From Setoptus koraiensis (taxonomy: Eukaryota > Animalia > Arthropoda): a DNA stretch of 64,000 bases. This document shows, one piece after another, positions 49,201-62,771 of the stretch. How positions within the stretch are numbered: the stretch's first letter is position 1; each line of letters begins with the position of its first letter. Location of the stretch: positions 23,126,001 through 23,190,000 of the forward strand of contig CM106585.1 of assembly GCA_048013815.1 (NCBI GenBank). Direction: 5' to 3'. A program made the translations under genes and the position numbers. The notes below the pieces were generated by a model. It searched no databases. It was not told the DNA's origin and saw nothing but the letters and a program-made list of their open reading frames with translations.

Positions 49201-50597
49201 CTGTATAAATATAAATTTACTAGGCTCTTTATCTGGCCAAACATTTTCTCTGTGTGTTTTTGTTTGTCTGGCTATGTGACCGTCGTCTCATCTAGATTCT
49301 GTGTGTCTGTCCCCCATTAGATAAGATCTGTTTGCGTCATAAAAACCATCATTGGATAAATCATAAATCATTTGACGGGGGCGAAATCTTCTCTTGTGTG
49401 TGTGCTCAAGCAACCGCTGGACATACCCGCCACTGGTTTGCCACTGGTTCGTTTGCGCGACACTTTTTCTGGCTCCCTTTTTCTCGTCTTTTTTCTCTCT
49501 CTCTCTCTCTCTCCCTCTTTCACTCTCCAGTTTGACACCAACGAGGTAGCCAGCAACGACTCGATGATAAGCCTACTTAAATTTTGCCAGTGCCCATAGT
49601 GCGGATAATATGGATAATGTGTCGTGCAGATATTGCAGCCACACTGACCAGTGGTCAGCGGGGGCAGTTATGCGAGAGCGCTTCGCCTTGGTCTAGTCCA
49701 GTCTCTGGCACAGAGACTGGGGACACTTCGAGCTTGTTTGCTCAGCAAACAAACAAACAAACAAAGATTAATATTGAGATTGCTATATAAGATGCGGTAA
49801 CCAGATATGCTTTTCAGGATTCGCGTTGTCGCCAACGAGGCAAGGTTTGCAATCAGACCGAGGTAATGGATTCTCGCATGCAAGTCGCTCGACTAGGCAC
49901 CGTGCAAGTGAGTTTATTGTTGTGATGCCATTGTTGTTATTATTCGATATTATTGTTATCGAAGAAAATCAGGGGATCAGTTTTCTTTTTGATAATAGTC
50001 CGTCAATTTAATTTAGTTTTGCGCCTAGGGCACACACTACACAAACAACTGCTATGTATGCAACACAAAAACACCTAGACGCCAGATTATAGCCGCCAGT
50101 TATAACTTTATATCGTATATTGCCACTCTAATATCGTCAACAATAATAAATGACAGTGTGTGTAAGTAGGCTAGGCAACTAGCAATTGCATAATCATCTC
50201 GATGGGAGCCTCTATCGGCAGTCACCGGCACTAATAATCTCAGGGGCAAATAATCTCAGGCACTTATTCGAATCGTTCAAGTCGCCTCAGCTGACAGTCT
50301 AACTGCACTTGCACCCCTTGATATCGATGCCCATCTATCACTCGGTGTCTTAACTTGGAGAGAGTGCAGTTTAGTCTAGCCGTTGGATTACAGTCTTAGC
50401 TGGACTTAGTTAGATCATATTCAAATTGCTACGAGCGTTTGTTTCGCTTGTTTCGTGAGATACCGTTGTCACATCATGGTTGCGTCATTCGTGTATGCAC
50501 ATCATAATAAACATATCATCTAATATTATACATGACACAATTATATAATATATTGCTTACCTAATAATAATGATGATGCTAGTAATGGTGACATCAT
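46201..50597 (-). CDS. Dscam-like: sDscam-beta-like cassette A: signal exon, Ig7-like exon with large insertion, split Ig8-like exons
   Basis: Exons 50561-50597, 47345-48526, 46677-46826 and 46201-46446, all phase 1. Joining exons 1 and 2 creates a signal peptide (MMSPLLASSLLL/ALIYLADG). Ig7-like APKIVP..EGSTLILTC..LEWFKDN..DSGDYKCVAKN; Ig8-like LRWINAPTDIEV..LECSASGQPRPAITW / DSGLYEC..FKIKVNG. The signal exon is the least certain part. Confidence 0.82.
46492..46580 (+). repeat. 9-bp minisatellite (GAAATGGGY) x~10 in the intron between the two Ig8 half-exons of cassette A
   Basis: Degenerate tandem units, pyrimidine-rich on the transcribed strand. Confidence 0.85.
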
Positions 50598-53500
50598 CAG
50601 ATTAGCTGATAATAAATTTTGAAAACAAATAGCCAATTCTCAAGTTAAGTGTTGGCCGATGCTGCTGTGCGACAAATGGTTTCGTTCATAGTTTAGTGAC
50701 TCGACGATGGCTCGGCAACAACAGAGTCACTTCTTATATCCGGTTATTGCTTGTATCACCTACTGATTCGGTCCAAGATGCTGCTTTCAGTGGGGTGAGT
50801 GTCCGACCGAAATGGAATTCGAAGCGTATAATTCAAATCGTATAATTCAAATAGTAAAATTCAAATAGTATAATTCAGATAGTATGATTCAGATGGATGA
50901 TTGGACTGTAGCACTGGGTTTATATCGGATGTTTGTTTGGCTGGTGGATGTTTGTGTCCACTGCAGCAGCGTGACTGATGATGATAATTGTCGCCCCTAA
51001 AATGACACCACGAGCACTTGTCTGCTGTTTATATGTTGATATACTGATACTAATTTGCAGTTGTACAACAAACAGATTGAAGGCGTGCGATCGCAATCAC
51101 TGTGTGCACTGATTCAATTGGATAGTTTTTTATACTTGTGCCCACTCAATTGTATGCTTGTGTGTGTTATAATTGGTGTTTCAGAGGAACACAATCAGTG
51201 ATTTTAATTAGAAATGGAGACTAAATTGGTTTTGTGTCATTTGTGGCTGCAAAGCATTAGCTACAAAACAAATTGATTAGTGCGAGCGTTGAGCTGACAA
51301 TAAATGATGAATAATGTCGAGATGCGGCGCGCCAGCAATAATGAGTGTTGCATCGGTTGTTGTATGGGTTGTTGTGTAAGTTGTTGCAGCAGTTGATCAT
51401 GAGTGTGGGCGTAAGGTGCGTTGCTGTTGATGAGGCCAGCAAATGGTGGGCACGCTGGCGCTGTTGCCCGAATAGATATAATTTGGCTATTATTTATGAG
51501 GCCAACGAATGTACGCAATGCCCCAGTGTATGCAATTTGAGCGGCAATCGGGCGTCTCGTTGAGGCAAACACCGCAAGCGCTGCAAGTATAAAAGTGTAA
51601 GTGTCTGGCCCCAACTATTGAGCTGATTTAAGTTGTGTACGTGTGTTGTTGTTACTGTTGCACTAATCGTATTCGCGGTCTAGAAGAAATTGGCTTGCTT
51701 TGGAATAAATTGATTATATTGCTGATCAATGGAAAGCAGCAGCAGCAGCAGCAAATGTGTGTCTTATTTGCGATTGGCTATGGTGGCGCTGATATCAGTG
51801 GCACGACACTACTACTGATTAGTGTCGTGATATTGATATTGATTATTGAATTTGTGCTCTTCACTGTGATCTGCTGTTGTGTTTGTGCGCTATTTGTCGC
51901 TACTTGTGTATCCGTTTGTGCAAACTATCGCTCTAATATTGATACTATAAACATACTTGCTGCCACTGGCCACAAAGAAGCCAGCGCACACAGATAAACG
52001 GATCGCGAGAGGGGATAATTAGTTTGAGTTGGCTGGCTGTAATGGCTTTGATTGCGAGGGCGCTCTTATTATTATTCTTGTTCCATGCGACTCTTGTCCG
52101 TTGTCCGTTGTCCGTTGTCGCTCGCAGAGTCGCAATGTCGCTATGTCGCTATGTCGCCATGTCGCTATGTCGTCTTGTCGTTACTGTCGGTGCTGTCGGT
52201 GCTGTCGGTGCTGTTGATACTGGCATCGTTATCGTTGGTGTCGCTGCTGTTGCTGGCGTTGTCAGCGAACCCTTAGGTGCCCATATATTTGCACACTGTT
52301 CTCGCGCACTGAGCTCGCAAACAAATTCCTCGTCGCGCACACCGTCGTATAACGGGCCGTCTTATCTCTCTGTCTCTGTCTGCTGTGTGGCCAATGTGCT
52401 GTGTGGCCAAAAAGTAAACAACGGGCCGGCAACTGGCACTAAATGGTCTCTTTGGGCCGACTTCTATCCTCTCAATTACCACCATTAATGTGCACGGACA
52501 CCACTAACACCAGTGAGCGCGCCACCATGTTGTCGGCTATCTGGGCTGGGGATGCGTCGCCGCGTCGTCTATCTCTGTCTATGCTTGTTATGATTATTAC
52601 CGGATTGGTTAGACCGATTATTTGGATGTCGCGCTCGTGTGCACAATTCGCGTGCACAATTCGCACTGTGCGCTGTTCGCGAGCAGTATTTGTATGTGGG
52701 GGGGTGATGCGCGCGTTTCTGCTCAAGTGTCAGTTGTCTTCGGCGGGGCCTCTTTATATATCTCTTATATATCTCTCATATATCTCTTTATATGTACGTC
52801 TGTCTCTGGTCGCGCGGCTCGTTTGGGCTCGTTTGGGCCGGCGTCTCTCGGCGAGCGTCTCCTCTGCTGTCTCGTTTGGTCTCGTTTAGTCGCGTTTAGG
52901 CTCGTTTGGTCTCGTGTCAAGCGTCTCGCGATTCGTCTCGTCACCCGACTCGTCGCGTTATTTTCTCGACCGGCCGCTAGTGCGACACTGCGAGCGCAAC
53001 AACGACACCCACGCCAACAGCGACACCCGCAACAACAACAACAGCGACAACGACAACAGCACCACCAACGACAACAACAACAGCAGCAGCGCCACCAACA
53101 ACGACAACGCCGACAACAGCAAAAACAACTGGAGCACAACTAAGGAGAAAATCTCCACCAAACCAATATAACAGCTCAACTTGAATGGATAGACAAGACA
53201 ATAACGAAAACAAAAACAACAACGACCACGCCAATGAACGGCAATAACGCGCACTCGCCGATTGTCGGGCCAACAATGCAGCTCACGCTGGGCACGCTGG
53301 GCACGATGGGCACGATGGGGCCCAGATGAGGCCAGCAGATGAGCAACGAGCAGCGATCCTGATCACGCAAGATGACAAAAAGACTATACACTTATTTTTG
53401 CCAGCAGCAGCGGCAGCCCCACAATCCCGGCCAACCGAAGCCCAATCAGATCGCGACAGGAAGAGGCACTCGCACAGCCAGCGACTCTCCGCTTGCGGGG

Positions 53501-55840
53501 CCCGCACTGAGGGAGAATGGGAGACGGGAGTGGGAGACGGGGGGGGGGAAGGAAAGAGATGTTTGCATGAAATTGGCCAGTGTGTCGTCTTATATAACTT
53601 TTATATTGTTACCAGCAGCCAGTTGGCAGCGTAACAATATAGAGAGACAATGCAAACATACACACAGCACAGTGTGTATATTCGGTTATTCCGTCATTCG
53701 GTTATTCCGTTATTTGTCTTGGCTTTGGCCGAGCAGCGGATAACAAGCGCAGTCTTGCCATTTTCTGGCGTCTGGCATTAGGAGGCGCCGTGTGCTAGTC
53801 AATCATTTGTTTGTTCCCGTCGCTCCCGTCGTTCCCGTCGTTCCCGTCGCTCCCGTCGTTCCCGCTATTCCCGTTATTTTCCGCTATACCCGCTATTGCC
53901 GTTTTTCCGACTTGCAGCGCACCGAAGCCGCCATTGGCAATTGCCTAGCTCTGCCTGCTTCGCTTTGGCACCGTCAACAAACGCAATTGGCAAGCCCAAG
54001 CGAGATTGTATTTGTCTTGCCAATTGTTTGCTCGTTTTTGTTGTTGTTTATTGATTTGCTGGCTGACGTAATAGCGCTGTCACATTGAGCCACTGCCATA
54101 TATCTAAATACAAATACATGCAAACTCTCTCTCTCTCTCTATAGCGCGTCATATAGCGCCGTGACATATAGAGTGCACTTGCATCACTTCAATCAGTTAT
54201 CCATCTTGGCCGGGCATTTTTGCGACAAATCGTGCTTCTCGCATGGGCATATCATCAAATATTCATCGGTATTGCTCGGGTTGCATTTGCATTTTTCTAG
54301 CGACTAGCAACTGAAAATGCGCATTCATTTATTCATTTTATCTACGCCAATCTAACTCACTCTCATTCCAGCTCCAGCATATCCCCTGGCCCCCTCACTG
54401 TACTGACAGTGGCTCGCCAAGCAGCCAGCTATTCCGCATGGCCAATCATCATCATCATAAGTATGCAACTCGGGTGACAACCGTAGCTACAGTGCCGGCC
54501 ACTGTAGTTTTGGGAGCACACATAATTGGCATAATTGCATAATTGGCTCATGTGATTGCGCCATTGCTCGTTGCGTCTACTTGTGTCGTTCAATGTTCAG
54601 TTGGTTGTGATAAACCAACAACCAACTTAATATTCACCGTGGCACACTAGTTACGGCAGCAGTCTTATGACGCTAATTCAGATATATACTATTCACGACA
54701 GGTAAGGCCAGTTTGACGGCTCGCGTGATTGAGTTTGCTCATGCAAGCTAACGTGATCGAGTGACTGATGATTGATATTGACAATCAAGTATGTTGACAA
54801 CAATCACACACATCACATTTTCCATCTTCAATCAGCTGTTCACTCATTCAGCACCCCCCGGTGACTCACTATAAACATAAATGATAATAAACTATAAACA
54901 TACCATACTCACTAACAAAAATTCATTATTATTACAATGTATAATTATAATTAAATTGTAACGCACGTTGCGTCACTTAACTAACAATGTGTAACAATAA
55001 TTTAATGAACAGCGCCCAAGTGATTAAGTAAATCAACTGAGTGTGGCCATTGCGCAGCAAGCAATTGTCGGGTATTGCCGATATTGTCACAGCACTAATT
55101 GCATGTCTACTCTGATGCAGATATAGATTGATTCAGTAGTAGATGCGACTATATTGTTATATAACTATTTTGTTGCTGTTAGTTACTAGTTGCTAGTTGC
55201 CAGTTGCCAGTTGCCAGTTGCGCTTGTTTTTTGCGAGCCAACAACGTGATGCAATGTGATTGTTGTTTTGGCAATCAATTGATTTTGTTGTCGGGCGCAC
55301 ACGGTAATTACATTTACGTTTGTTTCATTTGTTATCATCAATTTGTTGTTTTAAATTAATTTCACTGTCGTAATTAGTCATAACTTTCATCTGATCTCTT
55401 CTTCTTTTTTACGCTTTCCTTGACGCTTCACTACTAACAAACGACCGAAACTGAATTCATGCCAATTGTTATCGCTAACGATTGTTAGATATATAAATCC
55501 ATCAGCAGCACAATGACAAAATGACAAAATGTCATTGCTGTTAGACAACGATCCAATGATGACAATCACGGCCTGACTCAGACTCATACAGTGCTCTCAG
55601 ACATCACTAGTTACAAATAGTTTTAGTAGCTAACTAAATGTAAATAACCAACAACAAAAGAAAGATGCATATTGCAAATTCCGATCGCGATAGATATAAT
55701 GTGTTTTGCTATATTAAGTGAGTAGTCTACCGATTACATCACCATCACTTGATTAATTAAGCGTCACGGCTGCTTGTAATTATTAGTTGTAATTATTCTC
55801 TATTGACGACAAAAACGTCTGTAATTGATAAAAATTAATA

Positions 55841-56386
55841 ATGATTAATTTAAATATAATTGTATCATTTATACTTGTATCTCAGGTAGTCATTGTATCA
55901 TGTGATCAGGTTGATTCATTTGGCCACACAGTTGATAATGAGGTAATTGATGGTTGGGAGACACACCAAGACACAACCAACGACAACAACAATGATAATA
56001 TACAGGACACAACGGTAAATAGTGGTAGTGATAATTCAAATGACTACAGCATTGTCGAAGAGCCATCAAAATTCAGTTGCATTGGTAAACAAATGGGCTA
56101 CTATAGTGACATTGAAAGAAAATGTCGAATTTATTATTTATGTTTACCGACAGAGGTCGACAATCGCTTTGCCTATAAGAAATTATCCTATTTATGTCCA
56201 TCAGATGAGATATTTGACCAAAGGAAATTGAGTTGTGTTGATTCAAAGAAATCTACCATTAAATGTGATCAATCAATTCAATTCTACGATAGAGCCAACC
56301 GAGTGTTTAGAGATGTTGTTGCGAGCGCCCTCAAGTCACAGCAGCAGCAACAACAGCGACAACAACAACAACAGCAACAACAATAA
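55841..56386 (+). CDS. Secreted chitin-binding peritrophin-A (CBM14/ChtBD2) domain protein, intronless
   Basis: Signal peptide, acidic linker, six-Cys domain FSC.GK..GYYSD.ERKCRIYYLC..SYLCP..EIFDQ..LSC..C, poly-Q tail; 181 aa. Confidence 0.88.
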   Translation: MINLNIIVSFILVSQVVIVSCDQVDSFGHTVDNEVIDGWETHQDTTNDNNNDNIQDTTVNSGSDNSNDYSIVEEPSKFSCIGKQMGYYSDIERKCRIYYLCLPTEVDNRFAYKKLSYLCPSDEIFDQRKLSCVDSKKSTIKCDQSIQFYDRANRVFRDVVASALKSQQQQQQRQQQQQQQQ

Positions 56387-59300
56387 TCAATTAGACAATT
56401 AGGCTACTTGGAAACTATCAGACTAGAACATAATGAAGATTATAGAACAAAGAGGAGGAAGAAGAAGAAAAAAGCGCAAACAAACATGACGATGTTTGGA
56501 GTACGTTAAAACGTTAAATTTAATTTAATTTGCAACTACCGACTTGGGCGAGCAAACATCCGCAATAAACTGGTTACCTTGTTCGCTTGTCGTCCAATGT
56601 TGTTTGATGTGGTCCAATATTATCGTTACCAATGCGTTTGAAGTTTGCTTGTAACTTAAATTTAATGTTATCCACCATCCACCAAGTGCATCTAAGTAAG
56701 CAGCCAATAAAACAAAACGAAACAAAACAAAACAAAACGAAACGAAACAGAACAAAACAAATCCATCACTATGAATTGTCCATCATGCTCTTCTACTTTT
56801 TCTTTCATTTTGTGTCTTATTGTTTGCGTCGAGTGGTTGAATTTTTTAATAATGCTCTTGTTATAACTGCTCTATCATGTTGATGTTGTTGTTGTTGATG
56901 TCGTTGTTGTTGTTGTCAAGGTACAGAGCATAGAATACAAATTAGTGAGTGGAAGAAATAACAACACAACAACAAAACAGATCATTGAGATCATTATGGC
57001 GCTGCTGTGATTATTACCGTTGTGAAAGTGAGAGAAAAACAACCACTGTTGTTGTTGTTGTTGTTGTCCTTTACCTGTTTTATTATGAGCTAACTAAATA
57101 CAGTAGCCAACTAAAGTAAAAAGTAGAAATAGACTAGTGTGGTCTAGTTTCATTCGATGCAACTTGCACCAAGCGGAGAGCCAAATAATGATATTATTAT
57201 TATTATTTTCATTCTGATAAAGCTTGCCTTGTATTGGCGAGCTTCGTCAGCGAGCTTTTATCAGGAGCAGGCTGGCAAAAGAACAAAAATAATAGACAGA
57301 CAGATAGATTGTTGTTATTGTTGCCAGCGGAGTAGTTGTTGAATGTCTCACAAGAACGCTTGCTATCTTCTATTCGCCGTTGTCACTCGTTGCGTAATAA
57401 CACTTACACCTGTCGCAATAACGGTAATAATAATAATAATAAAAATAATGCATGCCCTGGTGAGTATTTATATTCAACCTCGTATTGTGTGCAAAATGGC
57501 AAAATGATAAAATGGTGAAATAAAAAATAAATACCCGGTATTGTATACATACAAGTTGTTGTATCGTACATACGGCACGCTATACCCACTTTACGAATAC
57601 CTTATGAAGCCACGATATTCATATCAATCAAGTTGGCTGTCATTTGATAGCTATGGAATAAGCAAGACAGTTATTATAAGTAACATGCATTATTCTATAT
57701 ATATCACTATCATCATTGTTACATGTATCATCATGATGATGGTCATTATTATGATGTAATTATTACCGTTATTATCATGTGTTGTGCTATGTGTGTGCAA
57801 TTGGCATTGTGATGACCACAAGCGACACAAATGATGATTTACTCGTTCTCATACGATCACAAGTATTCACAATTGGCCGAAATAGGCTGAACTCATTAGT
57901 TCAGTTTGTCGTTCAGTGGTCACTTAAATCTGCTGATGACCGCTCGTTATGATTGGCTCATTGTTTGCTAGCTAACAACCAGCATGAGTCAATTGAGAAT
58001 TATAAAGTATTGCGCAATGGTTGGCGCTATCAACCAATGAGTGAGTCGCCAAACAATCGACTGATATAATGAAATAATTGATTTGATACCATTGCCATCA
58101 TTACCGTTTGTCGTTGCTGTTTATTATATTGATTGTTGTATGTTTCATAAATCATTGCCATAGTCTGATCAAAATATTGATTAGTAATGGTGATGTAATT
58201 GAGCAGTGTGATTCGGTAACAAGAGAGAAATCATTGTCACCCACGCCAATGCTACTGTAATACAGTAACTGTATTCAAGCACTGCAAGGCCCCCGCAATA
58301 ACGGTACACAGCAGCACTGTACATTATTAGCTGACTATTAATAGTAACTCAAGATTATTTGTGTTCGAGATCTATCAATGCTGTAACATATGGCTGGCAA
58401 ACAAAGAGCCAATACAGTAGATCACAGATAATAGATGGTAATTACTTATTATTATTGGTGCATGTACAGCAGCTTGACTTGATTTCTAGTAGACATATAA
58501 TGTTGTTCAACTTGATCTAGATGATCACACAACGACAGCAACAGCAACAGCGACAACGACAACGACGACAACAACAACAACAACAACAACGACAACTATG
58601 GCGACGATACCAAGTGCAGCAGTTTTAATTTTGATTTCGACCGTTGCTCGCTGCTTTGAATATCGCTCGACTATTTGTGACTATGAAACTCGAACACTTT
58701 CCCTCATTGACTTGCTGTAGACACTAATATAGCCAACTGTGTAATGATATATCGGCTAATGATTTATTTTCAAGTGGTCATTATGTGCAACAACGGCTAA
58801 TTTTGTATCCAGCGTCATATCCAATGTGTTGTATCCAATGTGTTACATCCAATGTGTTACACCAGTGGCCATCTAGTGGTGTTGCTGCGATGCACGCATC
58901 AGTGATTAGTTTTGTGTCACTATTAACTAACTATGCCGGACAAAACTTATTGCAACTGCTCCAAATTATATCATGTCCAAAATGTCCATGAGACAATGTC
59001 CATTTAATGCTAGTTGTTGTTGGCCTTTTGAGCCGTGCAACAACCAGTGTCAGCCAACTGTGTCTGGCTGTAGTTGTAATTTACTACCAGCTGTATCTTA
59101 AATTTTATTTTATCTGTTGCACTTTGGTCTAACTACTTTGGTCTTGGCAAACACTGTTGTTGTTGTTGTTGTTGTTGCTCATGGCAATTGCGTACAATGG
59201 CATAGTAATTAGTTAGTTTAGCTAGTAAAAATAGATAACACTATGGTCGTCGTGAGAATACAAGCAACTGTGACCCTTTATCCTCTAGTTGCTCTTACTG

Positions 59301-59760
59301 GCTCTCATCCTCATATCTTGATTTATATTACATATATCTATATATATATATATTTATAGCGATGGCACAACAGCAACAGCGCCAGCAACAACAACAATGA
59401 CCAATGATGCCGGTTGCTGCTGCCTCCAACTGTCTGGCAACAACAAAAAAGCGGTTACACACACACCTGTATTGTTGTTAATGAGAGATTGTGTGGAAAT
59501 TCCAGTCTGAGAAATTCTTTTTTCTGTCTCTCTTTTTTCTGTATCTGTTCTCTTCTATTTGAGAGGCGAGAACAGCAGCGGCCAGTCACGACCATGAATT
59601 AATAGAATGAGCACCAATATAAACTAGATTATATTGAGACGACGGACGATTGGCGTCGAGGATGTGCTCACTGCTTTTTGTCGCTCACTGTGCGATTTTA
59701 TGAGGTCAATCAAGCCAATAATGAAACTGTGACAACACATGATGATGACAATGATGATGG

Positions 59761-59885
<125 letters not shown>

Positions 59886-62369
59886 TAATCATGGGATCAC
59901 TCGAAACAGTTACTCAGTGCACTCTAAAACTACGGCAAGCGACTTGCTGTAGATTTGTTCAACACTTGTTCATGGTCGTCACTTGATCAACATCTCGATC
60001 ACAATCACAGTCACCATTGGCGTCATCGGCGATCACAATTGTAGTCACACAGTTGCAATCAGTTAACGGTCAGTGTTTACAATAATAATCTAACATAACC
60101 ATTGAAATGTTATGTCATGTATTGTCATGCTGGCCAATTGGCAATGTCACCATACCCATGTCACTCACTGGAACTGCATGATTTGTGTCTGTTGCATAAT
60201 AAGTTATGTAATGTGACACACAGTGTCCGTTATTTGAGACAGTTCAATAAACAACAAAGTCGCCATCACATCTCCTTCACTTGAGTCGATAGAAAGCTGA
60301 GATCAATTCGTGCTGCTTGTTGCGCCACTGTACCTGTCGACCAATCAACTGTCGCCTTGCATTGATGCTATCAGCGAGTTCATCAGTCGAGAGTGAAAGT
60401 CGTCGGTAGTAAAACATCGCATCATAATAAATAATAATATAAAGGTATAAATAAATAAATGCAAATGTTCTTTTGCGAATTAATTATCATCACTTTATTT
60501 ATCACTCATAAAAGCAGTGGCGGTCGTCATAATTTATGTATGAGCACTCTATTGATAGTAGCTTTGCTGCAATCCATTGATAAATCCAGTTTGGTTGTTT
60601 GCAAAAGTTTGCAACTGAAATAATAATAATACTAATTGAACCTCTCTTCGATCAGCATCGAGCTCATTCATTCATCAATGGCTTGTTTTCTGTTTTCCTT
60701 CACTTGTTTGCCTACTCATCATAGTCACTCACTCTGATTGTATTCTTGTTGTGCAGTTCAGGCCTAGTGGCTGAAATTTTTCATAGTCTCAGTGAGCTAA
60801 TTGAGACTATGAAAAACACCTATAATCAAATCGATTCTGTGTATTCTAGGGGTAACAATACTTTTGTTTGGAGAGGCAATCTAATTGGAACATAATCAAA
60901 TTATACAGCCAATTGCAATTGGACTCTTTCACCGGAAGTATCAGTTCTGATGTAACGCACACACACACACACAATATGGCTAACTTTAAATAATAGCGTC
61001 AACAATCACTCAATAGCCAGCGTTTTTCTCAATAGAGTATTTCAGACCTCTTACTCAATTTTCGATTCTTTTCTATGGAATTCAGCCGCATGACACAGAC
61101 CCACTAACTAAAAATCTCCAATAGAGCGCGAAAAATCTCACTTATATCCTTGAGTGTGCAATTCGAAATCTTTCTTTTGTTTGTTTCGGTCGTGTGGTAT
61201 CATCGATGTGTCAGGCAAACTTTAGACATTTAGCACAATATATTTGTGCAATGACTATGCGATCAATTAAAATGTCAAACAAAAATAGCTACAATGAGAC
61301 GTCGGACCGACAGCATTTCGCGAATCAATGGAACCTCTTCTTCAGGAACTTCAGTGCTGTCGATCGCCTTGTCGATGGTCCTGTCGATCAAAGTGCGATC
61401 GTCGGAGTGCATGCCGCAGAGAAGAGAGAATGATTTCTTGTATGTTTGTATGGATTAACATTAATTGAGATGTCACTCACTTGAGATGCGCAACAAATAA
61501 ATCAACGTTCGATGACTACCTGTGCGTTGTCAGATTCTATTTGGAAGCCAACGCTGACAAGTTTTAATTTATTTGAACCTCTGACAAACAGTGATAAAAG
61601 TGGACTTATTTCTCGTTAGTGGAGATTAGTTTGCTGCCAGACAGTTGGACATGCGGACTAGCGGACAGAGCTATTTAGTGCGATGGATATTTTGGCAGCT
61701 ACAACAACGGCCACAACGGCGACACACGGCTCGAATTAAAATGAAATAATTGTATCAACTGACGTTGTGTTCGTTTGTATAAAACCAGTGACAGCTTTCT
61801 ACTTGTTACAGTGGCCCCATGTCAGTTTGTTGCGACAACAGCGACGACACCAGCAACTCTGTCGCAAACTCAAACAACTGCAACTCATGTTACTGTCAAA
61901 CGCGCAAGATATATATAAATGCATATTGTTTGATAGCATTCGCATCATCGTCGTCGTCGCCGCCGCCGTTACAGGCAAAGCGAGCGAGCGACTTGTTTGG
62001 CCATTTCAACCTGTTGTTGTCGTTGTTGTCGTTGTTGTCGTTGTTGTTGTCGTAGCTTCTCTGTTGTCTCGATTGATAACAACGGCGAATAATGAACGAT
62101 AATGATAGTAACGACCAGTCGAGCCCGGCACCGTTGCAAGCGCACAAACACATCAGTTCTCTGGCTAGGAATTGCCAGCCTCGAACTGTGAGCTTCGAAA
62201 TTGTAAGCGTCCAACAAGGTGGTTAGATGACGTTTTTAACGACGAATTGTTGGCTGGTTCTTTGATCGAGATAACAAGAGACGGAGCAACAGACTGAGCT
62301 CGGCGGCGACAAGCTATTCAAAGCATGCAGCTTGTGACAGCCAGCAGCCAGACAGCAGCGGCAACAGCG

Positions 62370-62408
<39 letters not shown>

Positions 62409-62700
62409 GGTGGAGAGAAGGCCTGATGCGGTTGCTTTTGGCGCTCGAAGCAGGTAGCTGCTGCTGCTGTTGTTGTTTGTTAATGGTCAAACTACTACTA
62501 ACGGTGGCAGTGGTGGTGGCGGCGGTGGTTGCTGTGGTAGTGTTAGTGGAAGCATGGCCAAAGAAGCAATGCCCACCTAGCTCTCTATTTTTTACTTCTT
62601 TCCCCCGCTCTCTCGCTCACTGTCTAAACAGATCTGTCTTGTTCATTTATCATCAGACACACACACTTTGCTACACTGCACTGTCAAGAAACTCTCACTC

Positions 62701-62771
62701 CCAGCAACAACAACAACAACAACAGCAACAACAACAACAGCAACAACAACAACAGCAGCAACAACAGCAAC
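62701..62771 (+). repeat. (CAA/CAG)n compound microsatellite
   Basis: About 23 CAA/CAG triplets in non-coding context; similar tracts near 43425-43510, 53000-53120, 58540-58595 and 62365-62408. Confidence 0.9.

Noticed and set aside
51261-51614. ORF with hydrophobic N-terminus as the leader exon of cassette A
   Set aside because: No strong phase-1 donor; the 50561-50597 exon has a GTAAGC donor and yields a better signal peptide when joined.
52000-54100. Cluster of overlapping 60-170 aa ORFs on both strands
   Set aside because: Composed of CAA/GTC/9-mer repeats giving poly-V, C, Q and N translations; no domain or consistent exon chain.
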